This document shows positions 9,392 through 19,300 of a DNA stretch of 64,000 nt, piece by piece. The stretch is taken from contig OZ244742.1 in the NCBI GenBank assembly GCA_965219415.1, positions 1,472,001 to 1,536,000 on the forward strand, given 5' to 3'. The stretch comes from Candidatus Marinacidobacterales bacterium. Lineage in GTDB: Bacteria; Acidobacteriota; Vicinamibacteria; Marinacidobacterales; DATDRI01. Position 1 is the stretch's first letter. Each line of letters begins with the position of its first letter. Both the position numbers and the translations under genes were made by a program. Below the pieces are notes generated by a model. It had not been told where the DNA came from, did not search any database, and worked only from the letters and a program-made list of their open reading frames with translations.

Positions 9392-11421
9392 AGCGGCAAA
9401 CCGGTCCAGCGCAGAAGGAAGTTCACCCCAGTGCCCACCGCGATGGCATAAGGAATGATGAAGCCCACCATGAGCGCGGCCTTGCGAAAATCGAGTTCCT
9501 TGATCATAACCAGGAAGTTCGCAACACAAGGGACGAACAAGGTCATGGTGACCAGAGAGACGATGATCTGCGTGTCATCCATCAAACCTTGGCGGGCCAG
9601 ATCGAATAAGCCTGCCGCACCGTAGTCGCGGCGGAGGAATCCCATCACAAAGGCCTCCCCGGCCTTGGCCGGCAAACCCAATAGACCCACCACCACGGGC
9701 TCCGCGGCCCCCACGATAAACGGCAGGATCGCGAGACGGTCCAAGACAAACAACACCACGGTTCCCAGAACGAATAGCGGTACCGCCTCCCTAAGGAACC
9801 ATCGTACGCGGGACCATGTTTTTCGAGCCAGGTTTCCCCACACCGGAAGTCGCATCGGGGGTAGCTCCACCATGAAGTCCGATCGACTACCGGGTAGGAT
9901 CTTGTCGGCGATCCACCCCACCACCAGAAGCTGCGACAACAAAATGCCGAAAAGAAAAAGTAAGGCGCCGAAGGAGACCCACGCGAGCATACCCAAGACC
10001 ACGCCGAGCTGAGCAGCGCAGGGCACCGCCAGGGCGAGGAGCAACGTAGCGAGAACGCGCTCCTTACGAGTAGACAGAATTCTCGTCGCAAGGGTAGCCA
10101 TGGTGACGCAGCCGAGCCCGAGCACCATCGGTAGCACCGCTTTCCCATTCAATCCCATGAAGCGAAACATTCGATCGGCGAGCACCGAGAGCCGAGGTAG
10201 ATAGCCGCTGTCTTCGAGAAATCCGAACGCCATGAAAAAAGTCGTCACCACCGGCAACACGATGGCCACCGAGTACGTGACGCCCATCGATATCGCACCG
10301 TACGGCCCCACCAAGAGATCATGGATAAAGGGAATCGGAAGGAACCGGTCGACCAGCCAAGTGACTCCCGGTACCAAGTAGGCGCCGAAGATGGTCTCTT
10401 CGACAAAATCCACCGCCGCACCGGCCCCGAAGACTCCTACAAAGTAGTACATAAAGAGCAAGGCGCCGATGAGGATGGGAAAACCAGTCAGCGGCTCTCG
10501 ACACAAGCGGCCGAGCCGATCGGCGAAGGCGGAAACTTCCCCACCTGTCACCTTCCGTAGGGTGCCGACCGTGGAGTCGATCCATTGGCTCCGCTCTTGA
10601 ACGATCGCGGCGGCGGCAGGACGGTGGTGTCTCTGCTGATAGAGCTCTAGAGAATGATTAATGGCGCGAAGCCGCGCGTCGCCGGTGAGTACAGGGAGGG
10701 TACCTTTGACTCCCTCGTCTCGAGACCATAGCCACTCCGCGAAGAGCCCCATGGGTAGTTGGCGGTCGCCATCGCCGCCAGCCGGGACGTTGTCTTTGAG
10801 CTCGGCGATCATCGCTTCCAACTGCGGTGAGGGATTGCGTGGAACCGCGGGTCTCGCGAGCGCCCTCTCCAAATCCACGATCCCGTGTCCTTCCGTCGCC
10901 ACCGTCTCGACCACCGGGATGCCAAATAGTCCACCGAGCGCCGCGAGGTCTACTTCTATGCCACGCTTCCTCGACTCGTCCGCCATATTGAGATCCAGGA
11001 CGGTGGGAAGACCGAGCTCTACAATTTGGATCAATAAAAGGAGGGTCCGGCGAATGTTCTTTGCGTCGGCCACCACCAAGACGATATCGGGACGCTCTGC
11101 GAGCAGAATGTCCCGAGTCACGCGCTCGTCCTCGGACTGCGGGACTAGGGAGTTCACCCCGGGGGTGTCGACGACCTCATAGCGCCTACCGCCGACCTCT
11201 GCGGTACCACGGGCGAGTGCCACGGTGGTCCCGGGGTAATTGGAAACGTAGACGTATTGGCCGGTAAGGCGGTTGAAGATGACGCTCTTGCCGACATTGG
11301 GGTTTCCCACCAACGCGATCTTGGCTTTGGTTGATTGACTTCCTTCGTGACGGGCCGGCGGGGCCTTGGTGGCTAGTTCGGGAAGGGCCGTCGTGTTGAG
11401 GCCGCTAGGCTCGGGTGGCAT
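9388..11421 (-). CDS. feoB: Ferrous iron transporter FeoB
   Basis: GNPNVGKS, NYPGTT, DTPG, NMAD GTPase motifs; LEDSGYLPR; ELPPMRLP. Confidence 0.97.
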   Translation of the reverse strand: MPPEPSGLNTTALPELATKAPPARHEGSQSTKAKIALVGNPNVGKSVIFNRLTGQYVYVSNYPGTTVALARGTAEVGGRRYEVVDTPGVNSLVPQSEDERVTRDILLAERPDIVLVVADAKNIRRTLLLLIQIVELGLPTVLDLNMADESRKRGIEVDLAALGGLFGIPVVETVATEGHGIVDLERALARPAVPRNPSPQLEAMIAELKDNVPAGGDGDRQLPMGLFAEWLWSRDEGVKGTLPVLTGDARLRAINHSLELYQQRHHRPAAAAIVQERSQWIDSTVGTLRKVTGGEVSAFADRLGRLCREPLTGFPILIGALLFMYYFVGVFGAGAAVDFVEETIFGAYLVPGVTWLVDRFLPIPFIHDLLVGPYGAISMGVTYSVAIVLPVVTTFFMAFGFLEDSGYLPRLSVLADRMFRFMGLNGKAVLPMVLGLGCVTMATLATRILSTRKERVLATLLLALAVPCAAQLGVVLGMLAWVSFGALLFLFGILLSQLLVVGWIADKILPGSRSDFMVELPPMRLPVWGNLARKTWSRVRWFLREAVPLFVLGTVVLFVLDRLAILPFIVGAAEPVVVGLLGLPAKAGEAFVMGFLRRDYGAAGLFDLARQGLMDDTQIIVSLVTMTLFVPCVANFLVMIKELDFRKAALMVGFIIPYAIAVGTGVNFLLRWTGLPL

Positions 11422-11443
11422 TTCGGCGTCCGTCCTGGGTGAA

Positions 11444-11462
11444 AATGAAAACCGATTTCAAC
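11444..11462. promoter_or_regulatory. Fur box-like operator upstream of feoB
   Basis: 7-1-7 inverted repeat TGAAAAC-C-GATTTCA (11446-11460) resembling TGATAAT-N-ATTATCA. Confidence 0.75.
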
Positions 11463-11472
11463 TTACCAGGCC

Positions 11473-11502
11473 AGTCTACCGGACGTCCCTGGCAAGTGTC
11501 AA
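11473..11502 (-). promoter_or_regulatory. Sigma-70 promoter of the feoB operon
   Basis: TTGACA-N18-TAGACT on the minus strand, just upstream of the Fur box. Confidence 0.7.
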
Positions 11503-11620
11503 GCTGTCATTTTAAGAATCTGCAGCGAACGCCGGGCGACACACCAACCGCCTCCGCTCTTCCTACCCAGCAGCCTTTTTTTGTTGGGGGTCCCCTTCTA
11601 GCTGGTAGCATTCTCTCCAG

Positions 11621-12784
11621 ATGTTACAAGCCGTTCTCCTCGCCGCCGGGAAGTCGACCCGTACCTATCCGCTGACCACGACCCGGCCCAAACCACTGAT
11701 TCCGGTCCTGGGCAAGCCGTTGCTCGAGCACTTGCTCGGACAGCTCCAGGGCCTAGTGGAAGAAGCGATCATCGTGGTCGGTTATCGCGCCGACGCGATT
11801 CACGTTCAGCTCGGCGATCGATTCGGCTCCCTCCCCCTTCGCTACTTGGAACAGCGGGATCAACGGGGGACCGCCGACGCTCTGCTCCAAGCGTCTCCAT
11901 TGATCGAGGACCGCTGCTTGGTCTTGAACGGGGACGATCTTTACCATCGCCACGACTTGCAGGCCTTGTCGAGACATCGGACTGCGATCCTGGTGACACC
12001 GGTACCCGATCCCCAAAACCGAGCCGTCGTGACTGTCGCTGGTGACCAAGTGGCTGACATCGTCGAAAAACCCGCTTCGGCTCCACCCAATTCTTTGGCC
12101 AGTGTCGGGGGGTATGTCATGGAACGGGAGTCTCTGGACAAGCTGCGCGAGATCCAGTTGAGCCCTCGCGGCGAGCTGGAGCTTCCCGATTTCATCAAAC
12201 TCCTGGCACGCTCGTCGGTCGTGCGTTACCACCGCATCGAGAAACTCTGGCTGCCTCTAACCTACGCGTGGGATGTCCTCAGGGTGAGCCTGTTCTTACT
12301 CGAGGACGAGGAACGGGCGGCGGAATTTGGCGTGAGCGTCGAGAGTCCAGGCCAACTAGCCAAAAGACGGGATATCCATCTGGGAACGGGCACAGTCATC
12401 CAGGGCCCGGTCATTATTGCTGCCGGTGTGACGCTGGGGAGTTTTTGTCGGGTGCAAGGCCCAACGGTTATCGCCGAAGGCTCGACGATCGGCGATCGGG
12501 TGGAACTGGAGCGATCGGTCCTTTTCCGCGCTGCCCAGGTCGCGGACTTTGCTCGCGTATCTCATTCGGTCATTGGAGAGCTAACGCGAGTGGGGTCTCA
12601 CACCGAGATACTTTCAAAAGCTCGAGCCGATCAGCCGATCGATGTCGAGCTTGGAGGGAAGATGATCCCCACCCGCCTCGACCGGCTCGGTCTCGTGGCG
12701 GGAGATCACGCAATCGTGCCTGAGGAGTGCGTAATTCCCGCCGGGAGTCTCCTAGCCTCCGGGGAAACCTGGAGCGAATCCTAG
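11621..12784 (+). CDS. Sugar-phosphate nucleotidyltransferase with hexapeptide (LbH) C-terminus, GlmU-like
   Basis: LAAGKSTRTYPLT..RPKPL, GTADAL, NGDD, SPRGELEL; hexapeptide repeats. Confidence 0.85.
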   Translation: MLQAVLLAAGKSTRTYPLTTTRPKPLIPVLGKPLLEHLLGQLQGLVEEAIIVVGYRADAIHVQLGDRFGSLPLRYLEQRDQRGTADALLQASPLIEDRCLVLNGDDLYHRHDLQALSRHRTAILVTPVPDPQNRAVVTVAGDQVADIVEKPASAPPNSLASVGGYVMERESLDKLREIQLSPRGELELPDFIKLLARSSVVRYHRIEKLWLPLTYAWDVLRVSLFLLEDEERAAEFGVSVESPGQLAKRRDIHLGTGTVIQGPVIIAAGVTLGSFCRVQGPTVIAEGSTIGDRVELERSVLFRAAQVADFARVSHSVIGELTRVGSHTEILSKARADQPIDVELGGKMIPTRLDRLGLVAGDHAIVPEECVIPAGSLLASGETWSES

Positions 12785-12796
12785 ACAGAGAAGCTA

Positions 12797-12827
12797 GCAG
12801 GGTGCTGAAGAATGCACTGCACCCTGC
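12797..12827. terminator. Hairpin between convergent genes
   Basis: GCAGGGTGC...GCACCCTGC 9-bp stem; no U-tract. Confidence 0.4.
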
Positions 12828-12917
12828 GCGAGCGGAGCGAGCCCGGCCCGGAGGGCCGACGACAGGTAGCCGAGCGACGAGCGAGGCGCAAGCGCGCGAA
12901 CGAGGAGTGAGCGCGCA
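12826..12917 (+). repeat. Dispersed ~95-100 bp intergenic repeat, copy A
   Basis: Shares both ends with the inverted copy at 47492-47594. Confidence 0.65.
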
Positions 12918-12933
12918 TTGAGGTACCCCGAGA

Positions 12934-13470
12934 CTACCGAACCCAACCCGGCGGCACGTTCGCGCGGCGCGCGTCTTCGCGAAGCTTCCGTCTGGCCTCG
13001 GTAGCAGCATCTAGCTCCGCTTTGGACTCCGCAACCATGCCTTGCAGCTGCTCGACGGATGTAATGACCGCCTGGTTGTTCTCATCCACGTAGACGGCCC
13101 CGGAGCTCAGGTGGAGCCTGCTAACGAGCTCGTAGCGTCTCCGCGCCTCCTTGATCCGTTCCCGCGCCTCACTGCTCCGCCTCCGCCAATCCATTTCTTG
13201 TTGCGCGCGATCCGTTTCGTTGGAAGTGCGATGCTCGGGCTCGAGTTCGGGTTCCTGCTCTCCTTGAGGAGCCGCGGTGCCTAGGACAGGCGTGGGCTCT
13301 TCTCCTTCTTCCGTAATCCCGATATCCCCAATCACCAGTGTAGGTCTTTCCCCTCGCTTCCGGTTGTCATCGCGACGTTCCTTCTCCTTGCGAGCCACGT
13401 CGCCTAGAGACTGGCCAACTGCCAGAACCGGAACGAGGAGCAGCATCAGAGCGAGTGTACCCCTCCACAT
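12934..13470 (-). CDS. Secreted hypothetical coiled-coil protein
   Basis: GGAG RBS, signal peptide, QSLGDVARKEKERR start, PPGWVR end. Confidence 0.75.
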   Translation of the reverse strand: MWRGTLALMLLLVPVLAVGQSLGDVARKEKERRDDNRKRGERPTLVIGDIGITEEGEEPTPVLGTAAPQGEQEPELEPEHRTSNETDRAQQEMDWRRRSSEARERIKEARRRYELVSRLHLSSGAVYVDENNQAVITSVEQLQGMVAESKAELDAATEARRKLREDARRANVPPGWVR

Positions 13471-13585
13471 ATTGGCTCCTCCGAACTATTCGGTTGTGTT
13501 GGGGCACGTTTAGAATAGCAGCCACGGGCGGATCTGTCGAACGATTCCTTGTTACCCCGTGTCCGGCGCGCTCTGGGCGCGCGGT

Positions 13586-14497
13586 TCAGGAAGACGCTGC
13601 CTCAGGTCCCGTCAATTTTGTCAGGCGTTCCAAGGCAAGAATCATCGCTTGCGTCCCCAGGGCACCATCCCCTGAGGCTTCGAGACCACGGTAGAGCTGC
13701 TCGGCCAGAGCTGTGCTGGCCAGGGGAACGTTCAAGCGACGGCCCAGCTCTTGGGCGAGAGACAGATCCTTCTGCATGAGACGTATCATGAAGGCGGGGC
13801 CAAGTTCCCGCCGGACGATCTTCGGGCCCAAATTCGTCAGCTGCCAAGACCCTCCGGCCCCACCACCCAGCACTTCGAGGAATTGTTCCAAATCGATTCC
13901 CGCTTGCCCCGCCAACAACAGAGCTTCGGAAAGAGCCATCATGTTCACGGCGCTAAGAATTTGATTGCACAACTTCAGAGACTGACCGGCGCCGCTGGGC
14001 CCAACGTGATGAACGCCCTTACCCATGGCTCGAAGAACCGGCAGGACTTTCTCGAAGGCCGCCTTTTCTCCACCCACCATGATCATAAGAGTGCCCTGCT
14101 GTGCACCGACGTCTCCGCCGGTTACCGGGGCGTCGAGCAGCTCGCAACCCTTTTCTCGAAGGATGGTGGCCATCTCCCGCTCTCGATCCGGCGAAATCGT
14201 GCTCATGTCGACGATCAGAAGCCCCGGCCGCACCGCTTCAAAAACACCCTTAGGCCCGAGCAGCGTGGCTTCCACATCTGGAGTGTCAGGGACCATGGTA
14301 ATGACGACATCGGACTCGGCGGCGACTTCGGCGGCGCTCGCGGCAACTTTCGCACCCGCATCGGCCAGTGGCTTTTCCTTCGAGCGCGTGCGGTTGTGCA
14401 CGGTGAGGGAGAACCCGGCCGCCAATAGGTTCTCCGCCATGGGACGCCCCATGATTCCGAGCCCAATAAATCCGATTCGCGGATTCCCGTCTTTCAT
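13586..14497 (-). CDS. NAD(P)-dependent 3-hydroxyacid dehydrogenase (2-hydroxy-3-oxopropionate reductase / HIBADH family)
   Basis: IGFIGLGIMG, DAPVTGG, KLCNQ, MQKDL. Confidence 0.9.
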   Translation of the reverse strand: MKDGNPRIGFIGLGIMGRPMAENLLAAGFSLTVHNRTRSKEKPLADAGAKVAASAAEVAAESDVVITMVPDTPDVEATLLGPKGVFEAVRPGLLIVDMSTISPDREREMATILREKGCELLDAPVTGGDVGAQQGTLMIMVGGEKAAFEKVLPVLRAMGKGVHHVGPSGAGQSLKLCNQILSAVNMMALSEALLLAGQAGIDLEQFLEVLGGGAGGSWQLTNLGPKIVRRELGPAFMIRLMQKDLSLAQELGRRLNVPLASTALAEQLYRGLEASGDGALGTQAMILALERLTKLTGPEAASS

Positions 14498-14533
14498 TCG
14501 CGTGCCGTCGGTCCTGACCTTCGATTCCGTGGT

Positions 14534-15991
14534 TTAGGATTCCTTCTTTGCTCGCGACCGCCTCCGCCGACCGCGTCGCTTCTTGGCCCCGCTGGGTTCT
14601 GTGGCGGCCTCATTGCTTTCTGTTGGAGGGGGTGTTGCCCTGACAGACTGGTGCGACTTGTCCGGCTCCAGCTCGTCTACATCCACCGGACCACCGAAAT
14701 CCCGGCGCATTAGATAAGCGATGAGCCGCCGATGGTCGGGATGAGCGGCAACGGCATCGGCGACGTCCTCCAAATCGAAGAACTCCGCCTCGCTCATCTC
14801 GTTCGCTTCGTCCGCAAGCCGTTGCAGGATGCGCTCTGTCTTTCGCTGCTTAATGTCTTCGTCGCTCGGCACATCGCGCTCGACCACCTGGAGTCGATAG
14901 CGGTTGACGAGACGATTGAAGCTCACCAGATCCGCTGCGGACACCAAAGAGATCACTTCTCCCGATTTTCCGATCCTGCCGGTGCGCCCGGCCCGATGGA
15001 TATAGACCTCGGGCGAGGACGGCGTCGAAAAGATGAAAACGTGCGACAGATCCTCGATATCGATACCGCGGGCTGCGACATCCGTAGCCACCAAGTGCCG
15101 GATGGTTCCAGCGCGAAATCTCGCCATGACCTGTTCACGCTTCTTTTGCACCAAATCACTCGAGATCATCGCCACCGGCAGGCCTTGGCGGGCTAGAAAG
15201 CCGGCGACGATTCGTACCTCGCCGCGCGTATTGCAGAAGATGATCGATGAGTTCGGCTGATCGTGCTCGATCAACTTGTAGAGGACCTGCTCTTTCTGCA
15301 TGTGAGGAGCAATGACGTAGGCGTGGGTGACTTCCTGGACGTAAGCGAAGTCCTCGGACAGGAGAACCCACTCCGGCTCCGCCAGGTAGTTGTAGATGAG
15401 CCCTCGAATTCCGAGCGGAATGGTGGCCGAGAAAAGAAGGGTCTGCCGCTCCTCGGGCATGAATTGCATGATCTCACCCATCTCTTGGGCGAAACCCATG
15501 TCCAACATCTTGTCCGCCTCGTCGAGCACGAGGATCTTCACGGAATCCAGCCGTAGAGTGCCTCGCTTCAAATGATCGAGTATCCGACCCGGTGTCCCGA
15601 CCACCACGTGAACCCCGGCGCGGATGGCGTCGATCTGACCCCCTATTGACTCTCCTCCGTAAACGGCGTGCGTTTTGAGCTCGCGTCCCTGGCCGATCTT
15701 GTCGAGTTCCTCTGTGACCTGGACCGCCAACTCGCGAGTCGGAGTGAGCACCAAGGCTTGCGCCCGCGTTAGTTCCGAATTCACCTTCTCGGCGACGCTG
15801 ATCCCGAAGGCCGCGGTCTTGCCGGTTCCGGTCCGAGACATCACGACTAGATCGTGGCCCGCAAGAGCACCGGGGATAGTGTCTCTTTGAACGTCGGTCG
15901 GCGAAACGTAACCCATCTCGGCCAAAGCACCGAGGGTCGGGCCGGAGATACCCAAAACGTCGAAATCGGACTGGTCGTTGGATGTTTTCAC
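14534..15991 (-). CDS. DEAD-box RNA helicase
   Basis: Q motif, GTGKT, PTRELA, TPGR, DEAD, SAT, ARGID, HRAGRTGR; basic tail. Confidence 0.95.
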   Translation of the reverse strand: MKTSNDQSDFDVLGISGPTLGALAEMGYVSPTDVQRDTIPGALAGHDLVVMSRTGTGKTAAFGISVAEKVNSELTRAQALVLTPTRELAVQVTEELDKIGQGRELKTHAVYGGESIGGQIDAIRAGVHVVVGTPGRILDHLKRGTLRLDSVKILVLDEADKMLDMGFAQEMGEIMQFMPEERQTLLFSATIPLGIRGLIYNYLAEPEWVLLSEDFAYVQEVTHAYVIAPHMQKEQVLYKLIEHDQPNSSIIFCNTRGEVRIVAGFLARQGLPVAMISSDLVQKKREQVMARFRAGTIRHLVATDVAARGIDIEDLSHVFIFSTPSSPEVYIHRAGRTGRIGKSGEVISLVSAADLVSFNRLVNRYRLQVVERDVPSDEDIKQRKTERILQRLADEANEMSEAEFFDLEDVADAVAAHPDHRRLIAYLMRRDFGGPVDVDELEPDKSHQSVRATPPPTESNEAATEPSGAKKRRGRRRRSRAKKES

Positions 15992-16008
15992 TCTGCTCTA
16001 GTCTTTCT

Positions 16009-16104
16009 TAGCCTGACCTTCGGTCAGGCGCCATAGCCTGACTTTTGCGTCAAGTGGCGTAGCCGGACTTTGCGTCAGGGACACAGCCTGGTCTTCCGCC
16101 GGCA
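16009..16104. repeat. Four tandem ~25-nt hairpin units (REP/BIME-like)
   Basis: TAGCCTGACCTTCGGTCAGGC and three degenerate copies starting at 16034, 16060, 16084. Confidence 0.7.
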
Positions 16105-16246
16105 CTGCGTTCACCTGCTGAGACGGAAACGTATCATACGGGCGACGCCTTCCGAATTACAACGGGGACCTGGCGTTCGGCCGGCGTGAGACTCAACCGG
16201 GTGAGGGTAATGAATGCTGGCTTCCTTCCCTTACTCCCTCTCCCTT

Positions 16247-16310
16247 CCGCCTACGCTAAGAGCTTCGGCGGACCCGCCGAAGTCCTTGGAACACCGGGGA
16301 CGAAGGCGGG
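16247..16310. repeat. REP-like nested palindrome
   Basis: CCGCCTACG...CTTCGGCG-GACC-CGCCGAAG...CGAAGGCGG. Confidence 0.55.
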
Positions 16311-16394
16311 CAGGGGATTGTGGGCGTCAAGACGTGTGGTGGCGTTATCAATGGCGTCAGACGGCGGGTGAGGGTGGTCATCTCTGGGAGGACG

Positions 16395-19300
16395 TTAAGG
16401 TCGTTGGTTCTTGGATAGCGAACGATAATATTCCTCGACTAGCTTTCGATAGCCGGCCGGCACGTGATCTGAACCGGAAAGCAGGAGCTCTTCCTTGCTC
16501 ATACCCTCTAGCTCTCGCCTTAGCCAGTATTCGAATTGCTTGAGCTCTTCGACCAGCGTGCTGAGCTCCTGCAAACCACGCGGGTCCTCATAGACCTTAT
16601 AGACCTTCTTCGAATCGTAGGCTTCCATCCGCTCGATGATGCTCTGAAGGTCTGGAACCTGCAGGTCCTGCCGTTGTAGTTCTTGCCTCAAGCCCTGCGC
16701 TTCTTGAGCTCTCTCCCTGAACTCACGGCGGAACTGCCGAATATCTTCGGAACTGAACGTGCCCGGCTGAAAGCTGTTGGCCCCTGGCCCCACGAAGCCC
16801 GGCGCATTCAAAGAGCGCTCGGGGTCGCTGCCCTGTTGGCCCTGTTGGCCCTGCTGACCTTGCTGCTCCTGTCCTTCTTGTCCAGGTTCTCCGCCGGACT
16901 CCTCCCCACCCGGGCTTCGGGGATTCAGACCCTGGGCCCGCTCCTGAAGTCGTTCATCGAGCGACTCCAGACTACGAACCAGCTCCCGCGTCTTCTCCAA
17001 CGCCTCCTCCGCTTGAGCCCTCTCGCTCTTTCCGATGGCGCCTCTCGCTTCTTCGATTCGATCGCGCAACTCGGAAATGTCCTCGCTGATCTGATCCTCG
17101 AATTGCCGTGCGTACTCCGGCGTCCGGCCCTGTACCACGCCCTTGGAGTAGCGGATCTTCTCTTTGAGCTTGCTGTCGCGGATGGAATCGGCCGCCTCGC
17201 GAAGCTTTCTCGACGCATCCTTCTGTTCCTGGCGCGACTCCATAGACATTCGATCCATCTGTGCCTCGAGATCTGCGACTTCGCTGGCTAGCTCGCTCTT
17301 CCGTTCCAGCAAGCGTTGCATCCTATCGGCATTTTCCCGAGGGCTAGTCTGATCCAGCCGACCGACATCGGATTGAATTTTTTCCTGCTGTCGAGTGATT
17401 TTCTCCGCACGGGAGCGGATATCGTCCATATCCCTCTCGAGTCGAGAGGCCCGATCTTTCTCCAACAGCCGGCGCGCATCCTTCAGCCGATCGAGCGCCG
17501 AGATGCCCTCGGACAGAGATCCCTCGCGCCCTTCGCTTGCCGCCCGTCGCATGGAGCTTGCCGCCTGGTGGAGCCGCCGCGCCGTATCCTCCAACCCCTT
17601 CTCGGATTTCTCTCGAGCCAGACGCTCCAATCGACGCGCCAGCTCTTCCGTCTCCTCGGCGACATCGCGTTGGCCCCCGCCACCGCCGCCGCCGGGGAAG
17701 TTTTGTGATTTGGAGCGTTTCATGCGCTCGTTTTCCTGCTGCTGCCGTCGGGCAAGCTCCTGCAGACGCTGCAAAGCCTCGTCGACCTCGTTATCCACGG
17801 TCTGCCGCTCGCCCCTTTGCACGGTCTCGTACTGGTTGCGCAGCTTGTCCATCTCGAGCTCGAAGAGGTCCGCAAGATCTTCGACGTTCGACTGCTTGCC
17901 GCCACCCATTCCACCGCCACCAAAGGCTACTTGCACTTCGCGGAACACCGCTTCGGCCCGCTGCAAATGTTGAAGGGCTCGTTGCTCAGGTGGAAGCGCT
18001 TCATCGGGCTTCTTCTCCAGGAGTTTTTCCTCAGCCGGCTCCATCGCTTCGGCCGCTAGACGAAGCGAGGCGGCGATTTTCCCAAAATCCGTATCCCCCT
18101 CGACGATGCCGCGGTTGGTCATGCGCCGAAGCAGCGTCCCGACCTGCTCTCTCAAACGACCCTGCATCAAGGCAATCGTCGTCAGATTCTCCGAGTATTC
18201 CTTTTCGGAATAGCTCTTCCGATCGCGGGCGATCTTGAAGGTTGCGGCCACAATCTGGCGCTGCCTTTGAGATAGAGCGTTGTCCATTCCTTGCCCGGCG
18301 CCCCCCATGCCCTGCTGCGCCTGTCGATACTGCTTTCCAAAGGGGCGTACCTCCAAGAAATAGATGTCGGTGCTCGCCGTCTGAGCGCCTTCCACGCCAT
18401 TGCCATCCGTAGCGCGGCCGAAATAGGAAACAAAATCACCCGGCTCGAGCAGGAGGTCCTCCATAAAAAAGGTGTGGCCGGAGGAGACTTCCTTCTTCGG
18501 CGGAGAACCCTCGCGATGGAGCCAGACGGACTGCTCCTCTCCTCCGTTCACCGAATAAACGAGCTCCAACTCGCGAATCCCGTAGTCGTCCTCGGCCCGG
18601 AGCTCGGTAAAGACCTCCTCGATGGAGCTGACCTTGGTGTCCCTGCCCGGTTTCAGAAACGCCACCGATGGCGGCTGGTCGCTCAGGATCTCGATCGTGA
18701 AGTCCGGCGAGCCCTTGTGCATCTTGCCGTCGAAGGCGGACAGCTCGATGCTATAAAACCCCTCGGTGTCGATGTGAAGTGTCGCGGACAAGGTCCCGTC
18801 GTCCGCCAAGTCCATGGGCTGGGACTCTTTCCCTTCGACGCGCACCGTGCCTCCCGCAACACGAACGGTCGGCGTCGCTGCAACAACTACATTGGTCCCC
18901 TTGAGGGTCGCGATGTCGCCACCGTCTTCAATCGTGCGCGGCGATAGGCCAGTGTACTTGGGGAACCGATACTCCAGATCCACTCTATCCACGTAAGGCA
19001 AATCGGACACGCCGATGCGAAATACCGGAGAGCGAACGCCGCTAGACTCGACGAAGTAGTCGGTCGTACTGTTGAGATCCAGGAGCATAAACATGAACTG
19101 GCCCCCATCGCCATCAACCGTCATCGGCCAACGTTGAAACTTTTCGTCTTCCTCCGTTTTCACTCCGATTTCCACCCGGTCGCTATCGAATCCCTCTAGT
19201 CGAGCCTGAACCAGCTGGTCCGCCCCCCGCGCCACGCCGAGGTGACCGGGCGCCACCACGATGAAATACGGATTGGCGGCGCGAGCACTCCGCCAAGGAT

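Noticed and set aside
11490-11504. Plus-strand GG-N10-GC sigma-54-like motif
   Set aside because: Lacks TTGC and is explained by the overlapping minus-strand TTGACA
16009-16104. Possible mini-CRISPR
   Set aside because: Units abut with only ~4-nt gaps; no spacers
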